64,000 nt of DNA. Source: Myxococcota bacterium. GTDB taxonomy: Bacteria > Myxococcota_A > UBA796 > CAJQPC01. The stretch lies in NCBI GenBank assembly GCA_036012755.1, contig DASCPX010000127.1, forward strand, positions 32,001 through 96,000, in the 5' to 3' direction. Position numbers and translations under genes: made by a program. Position 1 is the stretch's first letter. Every line of letters begins with the position of its first letter. This document shows, one piece after another, positions 10,090 to 19,191 of the stretch. The notes below the pieces were generated by a model that saw only the letters and a list, made by a program, of their open reading frames with translations, made no database searches and was not told where the DNA came from.

Positions 10090-11171
10090 GGGGCGTACAT
10101 CACTCGAAGGTTGGCGAAGGTGACGGAGGTCGTGATGGCCCGGCGCCAGAAGTAGTCCTCGGCTTCACCGGAGCGGTTGGCGTTGGCGATGCTGGGAGGC
10201 TGCATCAGGTGGATGGCCTGCGTGTCTTCCTTTCGCGACCGCGCGACCACCGTGTACCGCATCATCCAGACGCTCATGCCCTCCGTGAGGGTCACGTCGT
10301 CGACCCAGACGGTGTCGTCCGTGCAGTCGGTACCCTCGAGGCAGTACTCGATCTGGAGGTCCTCGATGTCATCGACGAGGGGGATGTCGTCCGCGTCGGG
10401 CGTCCCGTCGGCGAAGTCGAAGTCGAGGTCCATCATCAGCACCGGGTGCTCCGGTGAGCCCGGCCCGGTGCCGTTGTCGGTGTTGTCGATGTAGAAGGTG
10501 ACGAGGTTGGCCCGCGAGCAGTGCATGATCGGCGGGAGGTTGCCGTCGCAGCTGTTGGTGTAGTCGGTGTAGGCGGCGTTGCTGGCGACGCCGATGGTGC
10601 CGGCGGTGCCGTCGCCGTCGGCGTTGATGACCCACATCCAGGAGTCCGTACCCACGAGGGACGCGTAGTCCCAGCAGATCAAGAGCTCGCCGGTGGCGTA
10701 CTGCTCGAGCGCGGTCGCGTTGTCCGCGTCATCGACGTCGAACGAGATCTCGCTGGCGGAGCAGTCCTCGAGGACGCCTCCGTCAGTCATCATCTCGACT
10801 GCGGGATCTGCGTAGAGGAAGGTGACGGCGTCCGTCTCGTAGCTGGTGTCCCAAGCGTCCCAGGAGATGACGGCAGGGAAGGAGTCGCCGTTGGAGCTGC
10901 TGCTGCCATCCCACCCCAGCGCGCCGTCGGTGGAGCCGCCCGTGCCGTAGCCGGCCATGCGACCGCTGCGGCTGAGCACGTCAGCGCCGAAGCGCGCGTT
11001 CTGGTTCATGCTCTGCTGCAGGTCCTGGAGCAGGAAGGCCCGAGACTGACTGAAGAACAGCGCGTAGAGGCCCACGACGACGATGACGGAGAGGACGACG
11101 GCGACCATCAACTCGACCATCGTGAAGGCCCTGCGCAGTCCGAAGCCGGTTTCCCGCTGTCGTCCGTTCAT
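10086..11171 (-). CDS. pilW: PilW-like minor pilin
   Basis: RRA|FTMVELMVAV leader, QNAR...RMAGYG, LVDDIEDLQIEY. Start ATG 11171 overlaps the pilV stop (ATGA). Confidence 0.85.
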   Translation of the reverse strand: MNGRQRETGFGLRRAFTMVELMVAVVLSVIVVVGLYALFFSQSRAFLLQDLQQSMNQNARFGADVLSRSGRMAGYGTGGSTDGALGWDGSSSSNGDSFPAVISWDAWDTSYETDAVTFLYADPAVEMMTDGGVLEDCSASEISFDVDDADNATALEQYATGELLICWDYASLVGTDSWMWVINADGDGTAGTIGVASNAAYTDYTNSCDGNLPPIMHCSRANLVTFYIDNTDNGTGPGSPEHPVLMMDLDFDFADGTPDADDIPLVDDIEDLQIEYCLEGTDCTDDTVWVDDVTLTEGMSVWMMRYTVVARSRKEDTQAIHLMQPPSIANANRSGEAEDYFWRRAITTSVTFANLRVMYAP

Positions 11172-11692
11172 CCCTGGTCCTTGAACTTGTAGGCGGAGAT
11201 GGTCTGGCCGTGCCAGTTGCCGAAGGCGCTGTCCTCGAAGCTGCACCGGACCCAGACCTGGAGCCACTCATCATCGCCGGTGCTGTCCACGACCTGCCAG
11301 GTCACGTAGTAGGAGGCAGTGGGCATTCCCGCCGTGGTGGACCCATCGTCCTCGTTCAGCGAGTTCACGGCGGTGGGCTGCCCGCCGCCGGACATGGGGT
11401 GGTAGAGCGGCAGCCAGTCGTTCGAGCCCGAAGACGTGGTCGAAAGGCCGTCGGCCAGCCCCGTCCCGATGCGTGAGTTGTCGTCGTCCCAGAGGTGCGC
11501 CATCAGGAGGTCCATCCGGTCCTTCGCCAGGAAGGAGCAGTCCGTGATCTTGCGCGCCATGACGTTGGACCGGATCGCCTGAGCGTGAAAGCCGAACATC
11601 ACGACGAGGGAGAAGCCGAGCAACGCGGTCGCGACGAGCACCTCGACGAGCGTGAAGCCGCGGCGGCTCTGGTGGAAGGGGGCTGTCGTCAT
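11168..11692 (-). CDS. pilV: PilV-like minor pilin
   Basis: RRG|FTLVEVLVA leader; position in the fimU-pilV-pilW-pilX-pilY1 order. Confidence 0.78.
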   Translation of the reverse strand: MTTAPFHQSRRGFTLVEVLVATALLGFSLVVMFGFHAQAIRSNVMARKITDCSFLAKDRMDLLMAHLWDDDNSRIGTGLADGLSTTSSGSNDWLPLYHPMSGGGQPTAVNSLNEDDGSTTAGMPTASYYVTWQVVDSTGDDEWLQVWVRCSFEDSAFGNWHGQTISAYKFKDQG

Positions 11693-12361
11693 TCAGTTGC
11701 TCGTGGAGGTGGAGGCGGTGCCTGCGGTGCCGGCGTCGCGTCTCCCGAGTGAAGAGGTCATCGTCGGATTGCCCGACCGCGCGATGCTGAGGACGACCGT
11801 GTCCTCGACATCGTCGTTCAGCGCGTGCTTGTTGATGAGCGTGAGCTCGAGGTAGCCGTTCGGACCGAAGTCGGAGCTCGGGTTCGTGACGGAGCCGAAG
11901 GGAGAAAAGACGATCGCGTCACCGGTGATGCCGCTCCACGGCACCAGCGACACGTCGAGCGCCTCGTCCTGGCCCCCAGCGCTGATCTCGACGGTGCCGA
12001 GCCCGACCTCGTCGTCGGTACCGTCGTCCATCGCGTCGGCGGGGAAGGTCTCCCAGGAGGTGGAGCCGTGGGACTTGTCTCCGACCTGCAGCTTCCACTG
12101 GCCCACGTTGCGGGTCTCCGGGTCCTTCCAGTTCGAGTCCGCGTCCACCAGCAACAGGCGCGTCTCGAGGCCGGTCTCGGCGGCCGTGACACCGAGCTCC
12201 ACGAGGTCCTGGCGGAGGTCCTTGCCCGTCTTGACCATCCGGAACCGCGGCATCATGTCGCGCACGCTCCCGAACCCGATCGCCGCGACCACGCTGACGA
12301 TCACGAGGACGAAGAGGACTTCGACCAGGGTGAAGGCTCGGCGGGGGCGGCTCATCGACAA
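11693..12361 (-). CDS. fimU: FimT/FimU (GspH-like) minor pilin
   Basis: RRA|FTLVEVLFV leader, IVFSPFG motif, first gene of the operon, GGAGGA RBS (start 12361 TTG or 12355 ATG). Confidence 0.75.
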   Translation of the reverse strand: MSMSRPRRAFTLVEVLFVLVIVSVVAAIGFGSVRDMMPRFRMVKTGKDLRQDLVELGVTAAETGLETRLLLVDADSNWKDPETRNVGQWKLQVGDKSHGSTSWETFPADAMDDGTDDEVGLGTVEISAGGQDEALDVSLVPWSGITGDAIVFSPFGSVTNPSSDFGPNGYLELTLINKHALNDDVEDTVVLSIARSGNPTMTSSLGRRDAGTAGTASTSTSN

Positions 12362-12401
12362 GGGGTGTCCTCCGGGCGTAGATCGGGGCTCAGCTTTCTA
12401 A

Positions 12402-12417
12402 TGCAAGATCCGATCCA
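12402..12417 (-). promoter_or_regulatory. Sigma54 -24/-12 promoter of the minor pilin operon
   Basis: Minus strand TGGATCGGATCTTGCA = GG-N10-GC with TTGCA, about 40 nt upstream of fimU. Confidence 0.7.
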
Positions 12418-12458
12418 CCTGCTGAGGCCGCAAAACCGCGCGAATCGTGCGATCCGAT

Positions 12459-12492
12459 AGGAAAAGATTTCCTGTCTGGGAAAAGATTTCCC
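12459..12492. promoter_or_regulatory. Two tandem palindromes, candidate enhancer-binding-protein sites
   Basis: AGGAAA-AGA-TTTCCT (12459-12473) and GGGAAA-AGA-TTTCCC (12478-12492), centres 19 bp apart; AT-rich in a GC-rich background. Confidence 0.65.
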
Positions 12493-12504
12493 ATCGATCG
12501 TGCG

Positions 12505-13317
12505 TCATCGAGGCCCCGCGGCAGGGCACCACTCCGTGACGACCGAGCGTCTCCTGTGGACCTGCCGCCTCGTCGACGCGGACACGGTCGCGTCGATGCC
12601 CTCCGTATCGGCCTGGTCCAGGGCTCGGTCCGCGGCGGCGAGCCAGGTGAGCACTGGAGGTGCCGTCGCCTCGCAGTCGTTGGCGTCGACGCGTCCAGCG
12701 GTCATCCCGACGAGCACCCGCGCGCGCAGCTCCAGCAACAGCCCACGGAAGCGCAGCTCCTCGATGTCGCCGGAGAGGGCGGCGTCGACCGTGACGAGTG
12801 CGGTGTCCAGGTCTCCGCGCTGCACCTGCACCTCGGCCACGTTGTAGCCGAACTCGCCGGAGCTCGGCTTGCCCGCGAGTGCCTCTTCGAAGCGCCGCAA
12901 GGCGGCCTCCTCGTCGCCCTCCGCGAGGTGCGCGAGCCCGAGCGAGTTGAGCACGCGAGGTTCGCCCGGGGCCTTCTCGAGGGCGTCGTCCAGGTGAGTG
13001 CGGGCGAGCATCGGGTTGCCGTCGGACAAGGCGATGGCGCCCAGTCCGCGGTGGCCCCGAAAGTCATCTGGCGCGAGCCGGACGCAGCGCTTGAAGTACT
13101 CCCGTGCCCGGTCGCGCTGCCCGACCAGGTGGTAGGTCCAGCCGAGGCCGTAGAGGGCGTCGACGTTGTCGGGGTCGTCGTCGAGCACCTCGCGGAAGTC
13201 TGCCTCCGCGCCGGAGTAGTCCCCCGCGCGAAGGGCCACCTCTGCGCGCTCGACGCGGGCCTCGTCGGAACAGACCGGGAGGCACCCGAGCACAGCGAGG
13301 AACCAAAGGCGTCGCAT
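12505..13317 (-). CDS. TPR-repeat protein, probable lipoprotein
   Basis: MRRLWFLAVLGC signal and several TPR units. Confidence 0.8.
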   Translation of the reverse strand: MRRLWFLAVLGCLPVCSDEARVERAEVALRAGDYSGAEADFREVLDDDPDNVDALYGLGWTYHLVGQRDRAREYFKRCVRLAPDDFRGHRGLGAIALSDGNPMLARTHLDDALEKAPGEPRVLNSLGLAHLAEGDEEAALRRFEEALAGKPSSGEFGYNVAEVQVQRGDLDTALVTVDAALSGDIEELRFRGLLLELRARVLVGMTAGRVDANDCEATAPPVLTWLAAADRALDQADTEGIDATVSASTRRQVHRRRSVVTEWCPAAGPR

Positions 13318-13332
13318 GGATCTCCCTGGCCC

Positions 13333-14703
13333 CTACTCGCCGAGGCCATAGTCACGGATCTTGTACACCAGCGCCTTGTAGGAGATCTCCAGGAGCTTCG
13401 CAGCCTGCGTGCGGTTTCCGCTGGTGCGCTGCAGCGCCCTGCCGATGAGCTCGCGCTCGAGCTCGGAGGTGCGCCGCTTGATGGAGAGGTCGTCGTCATC
13501 GACCGGGCTACCGCTCGAGACGCCGCGGAGGTGCCCGGGCAGATCCGTGAGATCGAGCGTGTCCCCCTCCGCGAGGAGCACGGCGCGCTCGATCACGTTC
13601 TCCAGCTGCCGCACGTTCCCTGGCCACTCGTTCCGCATGAGCGCCTTCATGGCCGCGGGGTCGATGCGGAGCACGCGCTTGTCGAAGCGCTCGCCGAAGG
13701 CCTCGATGAAGTGGCTCGCGAGGAGCGGAATGTCCGCTGCTCGCTCACGCAGCGGCGGTATGCGCAGGTGGACGACGTTGAGTCGGTAGTAGAGGTCGTC
13801 GCGGAATCGCCCGGCTGCGACCTCGGCCCGGAGGTCCCGCGCGGTCGCCGCGACGACCCGGACCGACACGCTGACGTCCTTGCTCCCCCCTACCCGCCTC
13901 AAGACCTGCTCCTGGAGCACGCGCAGGAGCTTGACCTGGAGCTCGCGGGGCATCTCGCCGACCTCGTCGAGGAGCAGCGTGCCGCCGTCGGCCTGCTCGA
14001 AGAGCCCCGCGTGCTCACGCACGGCGCCGGTGAAGGCACCCCTGACGTGACCGAAGAGCTCGCTCTCGAGGAGGTTGTCGGGGATCGCGCCGCAGTTCAC
14101 GGCGACGAAGGGCTGGTCATGACGGTCGGACAGCGCGTGCACGCTTCGAGCGAGGAGCTCCTTGCCGGAGCCGCTCTCGCCGGTCACGAGCACGGTGCTG
14201 GGGTAGCGCGCCACCTTTCGCACCATCTTCGAGAGATCCTGCATGGCGCGGGACTCGCCGACCATGCCCTCCAGTGTCCGCCCTGCCATGCGGGCTCGAA
14301 GCCGCTGGTTCTCGAGCGCCAGCCGCTCGCGCTCCTCGACCTTCTTCAGGGTGAGCAGGATCTCGTCGGGCTTGAAGGGCTTGTTGATGTAGTCGTAGGC
14401 GCCCTTCTTCATGGCTTCCAGGGCGAGGTCGTTGCTGCCATAGGCTGACATCATGATGGTGTGGACGTGGCGACGGCGCTGTCCGAGCCGCTCCAGGAAG
14501 CCGAGGCCGTCCAGCTTGGGCATGCGCACGTCGCAGAGCACCAGTGAGAGCTCCGACTCGCGCTCCAGGACTTCGAGGGCCTCCGCACCGTTGGTCGCGG
14601 TGATGACGTCGTACCCGCCGCGCCGCAGGATGACGGTCAGCAGGTGCCTCAGCGACTCCTCGTCGTCGACGACCAGCACGCGGCGTTGAGCTTCTGAGCT
14701 CAT
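13333..14703 (-). CDS. Sigma54-dependent response regulator (NtrC/PilR family)
   Basis: Receiver (VVDDE, DVRMP), Walker [15 protein letters not shown] loop, [12 protein letters not shown]-terminal Fis-type HTH. Confidence 0.96.
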   Translation of the reverse strand: MSSEAQRRVLVVDDEESLRHLLTVILRRGGYDVITATNGAEALEVLERESELSLVLCDVRMPKLDGLGFLERLGQRRRHVHTIMMSAYGSNDLALEAMKKGAYDYINKPFKPDEILLTLKKVEERERLALENQRLRARMAGRTLEGMVGESRAMQDLSKMVRKVARYPSTVLVTGESGSGKELLARSVHALSDRHDQPFVAVNCGAIPDNLLESELFGHVRGAFTGAVREHAGLFEQADGGTLLLDEVGEMPRELQVKLLRVLQEQVLRRVGGSKDVSVSVRVVAATARDLRAEVAAGRFRDDLYYRLNVVHLRIPPLRERAADIPLLASHFIEAFGERFDKRVLRIDPAAMKALMRNEWPGNVRQLENVIERAVLLAEGDTLDLTDLPGHLRGVSSGSPVDDDDLSIKRRTSELERELIGRALQRTSGNRTQAAKLLEISYKALVYKIRDYGLGE

Positions 14704-14734
14704 GCATCGATTCTACTCGCGGGTAGATTCAGCC

Positions 14735-15958
14735 ATGCCTCGCCTGGTCCAACTCGTGCACGGTTACCCCCCCCGAGAGCTCGCCGGGACCGAGATCTAC
14801 ACCCGGCGCGTGACGGAAGGCCTGCGCCGCCGTGGATGGGAGGTGCTGGTCATCGCCTCGACCCGCGCGCCGGGGCGAGACCACGGAACGGTCCACGCGG
14901 AGGGCGGGGTCGCCCGCGTCGTGAACAACCTCCCCTGGCGCCCCCTCGCCCAGATCGAAAGGGACACGCTCGTCGAGGGGCGCGTGCACGGGTTGATGCG
15001 GGACTTCGGCCCCGACCTCGTGCACGTCCAGCACCTGCTCTTCCTCTCCGCACACCTCGAGATGCCCTGTCCCTCCATCGCGACGCTCCACGACGCCTGG
15101 GGCTGGTGCCCGAGGAGCAACCTGCTCTTCGGGGGCCGGGAGCTGTGCCCGGGTCCATCCGAGGAGCGCTGCCCGGACTGCTACGCGCCTCTCTGCAACA
15201 CCTCGTCCGGAGACGAGCGCTTGAGCCGACTCGCTGGGGCAGCGTCCCGCCTGGTCGAGCCCGAGACCCTGCACGCGGCGTGGCGGCGGGTGCCCGCGGT
15301 GTTCAAGGCGATGCGTCCCGGCCACGAGGTCCCCGTCGGCGCGCTGGGACCACGCCAGGAGGCGGTGGCCGGAGCCTTCCAGCGCCTCGACCGACGCCTC
15401 GCGCCCAGTCGCTACCTCGCCGATCTCGCAGCTGACGAGGGCCTGGGCGAGGTCCTCCTCCTCCCCCACGGGGTCGACCCGGGGGCACCGCGCCGCGGTG
15501 GCGAGCCGCCGGTCTTCCTCGGCAGCCTGGTACCTCACAAGGGGGCGCACCTGGTGAACGAGGCGGTCCCGGAGGCCCTGATCTTCGGACCCGCGACCGA
15601 CGCGAGCTACGTCGCCGGGCTGTCCAACCTCCGGGGCCCGGTCCCGAACGAGGAGGTGCCCGACCTGCTCGCCGCGGCCGAGGCGCTGGTCCTCGGGAGC
15701 ACCTGGCCCGAGAACGCGCCGTTGGTCGTCCTCGAAGCTCGGGCCTCGGGTTGCCCGGTGGTCGCGCCGCGCATCGGCGGACTGCCGGAGTCGATCGAAG
15801 ACGGCGTCGACGGCGTGCTCTACGAACCTGGAGACGTAGAGGACCTCCGCCGGGCGATGCGGAGCCTTCGGGAGCGGCCGCACTCCCCTCGCCCGCCGAT
15901 GACCTTCGAGTCCCACCTGGACGGGCTGCTCGAGCACTACGAGGCGGTCCTGACGTGA
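14735..15958 (+). CDS. Glycosyltransferase family 4
   Basis: HGYPP...AGTEIYT, TLHDAW, STWPENAPLVVLEA, IGGLPE. Confidence 0.9.
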   Translation: MPRLVQLVHGYPPRELAGTEIYTRRVTEGLRRRGWEVLVIASTRAPGRDHGTVHAEGGVARVVNNLPWRPLAQIERDTLVEGRVHGLMRDFGPDLVHVQHLLFLSAHLEMPCPSIATLHDAWGWCPRSNLLFGGRELCPGPSEERCPDCYAPLCNTSSGDERLSRLAGAASRLVEPETLHAAWRRVPAVFKAMRPGHEVPVGALGPRQEAVAGAFQRLDRRLAPSRYLADLAADEGLGEVLLLPHGVDPGAPRRGGEPPVFLGSLVPHKGAHLVNEAVPEALIFGPATDASYVAGLSNLRGPVPNEEVPDLLAAAEALVLGSTWPENAPLVVLEARASGCPVVAPRIGGLPESIEDGVDGVLYEPGDVEDLRRAMRSLRERPHSPRPPMTFESHLDGLLEHYEAVLT

Positions 15959-16974
15959 GGGCACTTCACATCGTGCACGGCAGTCCCCACGACGGCGATG
16001 TCGGAGGGACCGAGCTCTACGTCGACGCCCTTGCACGGGCGACCGGAGACTCGGTGCTCGTTCCCGGCGAGGACCTCGTGGAGCGTGACGTCGGCTACCC
16101 GTTGTGGCGCGGAGGGGTCCCGGCGGTGGTCGAGGCCAGCGGCGCCGACCTCCTCCACGTCCATCACCTCGCGAAGAGGGGCATCCGGCTCCCGCGAGTC
16201 CCAACCGTCGTGACGCTGCACGACTACAACCTCGCGTGCCTCCGTGGTCAGCTGGTCGACCTCGCGGGGCAGCTCTGCGAGGGACCCCGGGTGATCAAGT
16301 GCAGCCGCTGCGTGGGCTGGTTCCCCACCCACATCGCCCTGCGGGAGCTCCTGGTGAAGCGCCTCCTGGCACGATCTCGGCTGATCTCTCCGAGCGCCGA
16401 TCTCGCTCGCCGCATGGAGCGTCTCGGGTGGGCGGAGACCGTCCACGTCCTCGACCTCCCCCTGGTCGACCCGGTGCGGCCCGCCCCCGAGCCCGGCGAG
16501 GGTCCCGTCCGCTTCCTCTTCGTCGGGAGCCTGATCGCGACGAAGGGCATCGGCATACTGCTGGCCGCCTTCGAGGGCCTCGACGCCGTCCTCGATGTCT
16601 GGGGTCCCACTCCGGACGCAGGCTTCGCGGAGCGTCTCGACCTCCGCCACCACCGCGGCGTGTTCTCGGCGGCCAGACGGGAGGAGGTGCTGCACGCGGC
16701 GGACGTGCTCGTGGTGCCATCGACCTGGCACGAGAACAGCCCCCTGGTGGTGCGCGAAGCGGTCGCCGCGGGCCTGCGCGTCGTCGCGTCGGACGTCGGG
16801 GGCATCGCCGAGATCGATCCGGACGCGCGGCTCGTGCAACCGGGTGACGTCGCAGCCCTACGCGGTGCCCTGCTGGCCGAGATCGCCACCGGGCGGGGGC
16901 GGAGGCCGCCCCGTGAATACCCGATGGAACCCCACCTCGAGGCCCTGCGCCTACACTACGAAGCATGCTGTTGA
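15955..16974 (+). CDS. Glycosyltransferase family 4
   Basis: GGTELY, TLHDY, PSTWHENSPLVVREA. GTG start overlaps the upstream stop (GTGA). Confidence 0.9.
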   Translation: MRALHIVHGSPHDGDVGGTELYVDALARATGDSVLVPGEDLVERDVGYPLWRGGVPAVVEASGADLLHVHHLAKRGIRLPRVPTVVTLHDYNLACLRGQLVDLAGQLCEGPRVIKCSRCVGWFPTHIALRELLVKRLLARSRLISPSADLARRMERLGWAETVHVLDLPLVDPVRPAPEPGEGPVRFLFVGSLIATKGIGILLAAFEGLDAVLDVWGPTPDAGFAERLDLRHHRGVFSAARREEVLHAADVLVVPSTWHENSPLVVREAVAAGLRVVASDVGGIAEIDPDARLVQPGDVAALRGALLAEIATGRGRRPPREYPMEPHLEALRLHYEACC

Positions 16975-17867
16975 TGACGGGCCTCTCGGCCCTCGCCTTC
17001 GCCGGGGCCGCCGACTGCCGCGCCTGCTGCAACGAAGCCGGTGTCTCACCTTGCGAGCCTGCAATCCGGCTCGTCGGCGAGGGTTCACTCGTGATCGGCA
17101 CCGCAGGCAGCTGGAGCGTGAACGGCCTCTGGGTCGTCGAGTGTGATGGCACGGCCAGCTGGGACGACTCAGCCTCTCTGGCCTTCGACCACGCCCCCAA
17201 CGTCGGCGAGGTCGCGACCGATGGAGCGTCGGCGGCATTCCTCAAGTGCTTCGTGGAGAACTGCCACTTTCCCGAGGGTTTCTGCCCCCGTGCAGAAGGC
17301 GCCTACCCGGCGCTGAAGACCTGCAACGACGGATGGGCGTTGTCCGACGCCGACCTCGAAGCGCCGGCCGAGCCCCAGCTCGACCCGCCCCCGTCGCCGA
17401 CTCGGGTGGTGATGGGAGCCCAGACGCTGCCCCGCTCCGCGCCCCGCCTCGAGCTGACACCGCCTCCAGGACCGATTCCCCCCTGCCGGACCTCCGAGCA
17501 GCTCGTCGCCGAGTCCCAGCTCCAGGTCGACACCGGCAACGACGAGGAGATCGCCGGCAACGACGCCGCGGCTGCCGGCGCGTACAAGGCGGCGCTGTCC
17601 CTGGATGCATGCAACACGGCTGCCTGGGTGGCGCTGGGGAACATGACGCTCCGCCACGATGAGCCTGGCTCGGCAGCGCACGCCTTCGACGCGGCGTTGT
17701 TGCTGAACCCAAACCACTACGGCGCCGCCGCAGGTCTGGGCACCGCCCGCGAGGTCCTCGGCGACGACTCGGGCGCTGCGGAGGCCTACCAGCAGGCTCT
17801 CGACGCCCGACCCGGGCTCCCTGAAGCCATCGATGGGCTGCAGCGCCTCGGCGTCGCCCCTCGTTGA
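16965..17867 (+). CDS. Exported protein, Cys-rich N-terminal domain plus TPR repeats
   Basis: Short signal ending AFA, many Cys in the N-terminal half, Pro-rich linker, TPRs. Confidence 0.7.
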   Translation: MLLMTGLSALAFAGAADCRACCNEAGVSPCEPAIRLVGEGSLVIGTAGSWSVNGLWVVECDGTASWDDSASLAFDHAPNVGEVATDGASAAFLKCFVENCHFPEGFCPRAEGAYPALKTCNDGWALSDADLEAPAEPQLDPPPSPTRVVMGAQTLPRSAPRLELTPPPGPIPPCRTSEQLVAESQLQVDTGNDEEIAGNDAAAAGAYKAALSLDACNTAAWVALGNMTLRHDEPGSAAHAFDAALLLNPNHYGAAAGLGTAREVLGDDSGAAEAYQQALDARPGLPEAIDGLQRLGVAPR

Positions 17868-17893
17868 CGTGCCAAGAGGGCCACAAGTAGCAT
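17864..17893 (+). promoter_or_regulatory. Candidate sigma70 promoter
   Basis: TTGACG-N18-TAGCAT upstream of the gene at 17920. Confidence 0.4.
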
Positions 17894-17919
17894 CGGCAAC
17901 CGCGTCTCGAGGACCGTGA

Positions 17920-19191
17920 GTGAGCAAGAAACGTCCCAGCCCTGGCATGGTCATTCCGGCAGGCGCCGCCTTGGAGATCGTCGATGGCGGCGTCGTGATC
18001 ACCTACGCTGGCGACATCACGCTCGAGGGCCTGGACGGAGGCCCCTTCCGGCGCCTGGTCAGCACGGCCGGGACCATCACGCTCAGGGGTGAGCACATCT
18101 TCGGAGAGGTCATCGCCGAGCACGGCTCGATCGTCGTGGAGGGCACTCTCCAGGCGAAGCAGCTCCTCGCCGAGCGTGGAGACATCACCGTGACCGGCGA
18201 CCTGCTCGCCGACGAGGTCGCCGCACCGGGCGGCTCGGTCTCGGTCAAGGGCGAGATCGAGGTCCGCCGCATCGAGGCCAGGGACGAACTCGTCGTCGAG
18301 GGGCGCGTCAAGGCCGTCTCCCTGTGCGGCGGCACTGTCCGGCTCGCCGCCGATCCCTGCGAGGTCAAGGGCGTGGAGGGCACCTCCTGCGTCCACCTCG
18401 GCGCCGCGTCCTACGCGATCGAGGTCGTCATCTCCCCGACTGTGAGCAGCGACGGGGCAGCCACCGGGCGCATCAACGTGCTCGAGTGCGACAACCAGCC
18501 GAGCCAGAACAACCTCAAGGGCAAGTTCCGCCTCGCGGAGTACGCCCAGTTCACGGGAGTCGACCCGGCAGGCTTCCTCGCCGAGCGTGGGGTACGGGCG
18601 CTGGAGGCGCTCGACGCCAGCGTCGACGACGTGGAGCTCGGCGAACCGGTGGAGGAGGTCCCGAGCGAGGGGACCGGGATCATCCCCGACGTCGTCCAGG
18701 AGCCTCAGGAGGGGCCGTCCACGCCCCGACGGGTGGTCTCCACCGACAGGAGCACCCGCGTCGTCGCCGCCCCAGCCGCAGAGAACACGGCCGACCTCCC
18801 GGACCTCGAGGGCGATGAGCTGACGGACGAGCTGATCGAAGAGCTCCAGCCAGAAGCCATCGAGCAGATCGTGGACGAGGACTCCCTCATCGAGATCATG
18901 GACGGTGAGGACAGCGAGGTGCAGGTTCCGCCCCTGGTGCTGACACCTGCAGCTCACGACCAGCTGGTCGCGTCAGTGGACGAGATGGCCCGGACCTACC
19001 CCGACCGGATCCCGCAGCAGCTCTCCTGCCTCCGCACGCTGGTGGACGGCAAGCAATACCGGGTCCTGCAGATCGAGCTCGCCGAGCTCTTCAACGCGCT
19101 GGTGATGAAGCACATGAAGGCCAGGACCAGCCCCCACCACCAGGTCTACTCGAGCTTCAAGACCATCCGCGCCATCGTGGGTGACCACTGA
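17920..19191 (+). CDS. Bactofilin-like (polymer-forming beta-helix) protein with acidic linker and C-terminal helical domain
   Basis: Repeating GxIxVxG beta-solenoid units (GTITLRG, GSIVVEG, GDITVTG, GSVSVKG). Confidence 0.55.
   Translation: MSKKRPSPGMVIPAGAALEIVDGGVVITYAGDITLEGLDGGPFRRLVSTAGTITLRGEHIFGEVIAEHGSIVVEGTLQAKQLLAERGDITVTGDLLADEVAAPGGSVSVKGEIEVRRIEARDELVVEGRVKAVSLCGGTVRLAADPCEVKGVEGTSCVHLGAASYAIEVVISPTVSSDGAATGRINVLECDNQPSQNNLKGKFRLAEYAQFTGVDPAGFLAERGVRALEALDASVDDVELGEPVEEVPSEGTGIIPDVVQEPQEGPSTPRRVVSTDRSTRVVAAPAAENTADLPDLEGDELTDELIEELQPEAIEQIVDEDSLIEIMDGEDSEVQVPPLVLTPAAHDQLVASVDEMARTYPDRIPQQLSCLRTLVDGKQYRVLQIELAELFNALVMKHMKARTSPHHQVYSSFKTIRAIVGDH

Noticed and set aside
10086..12361. 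Ala instead of Gly at the prepilin -1 position in PilW and FimU
   Set aside because: Ala at -1 is a known tolerated variant.
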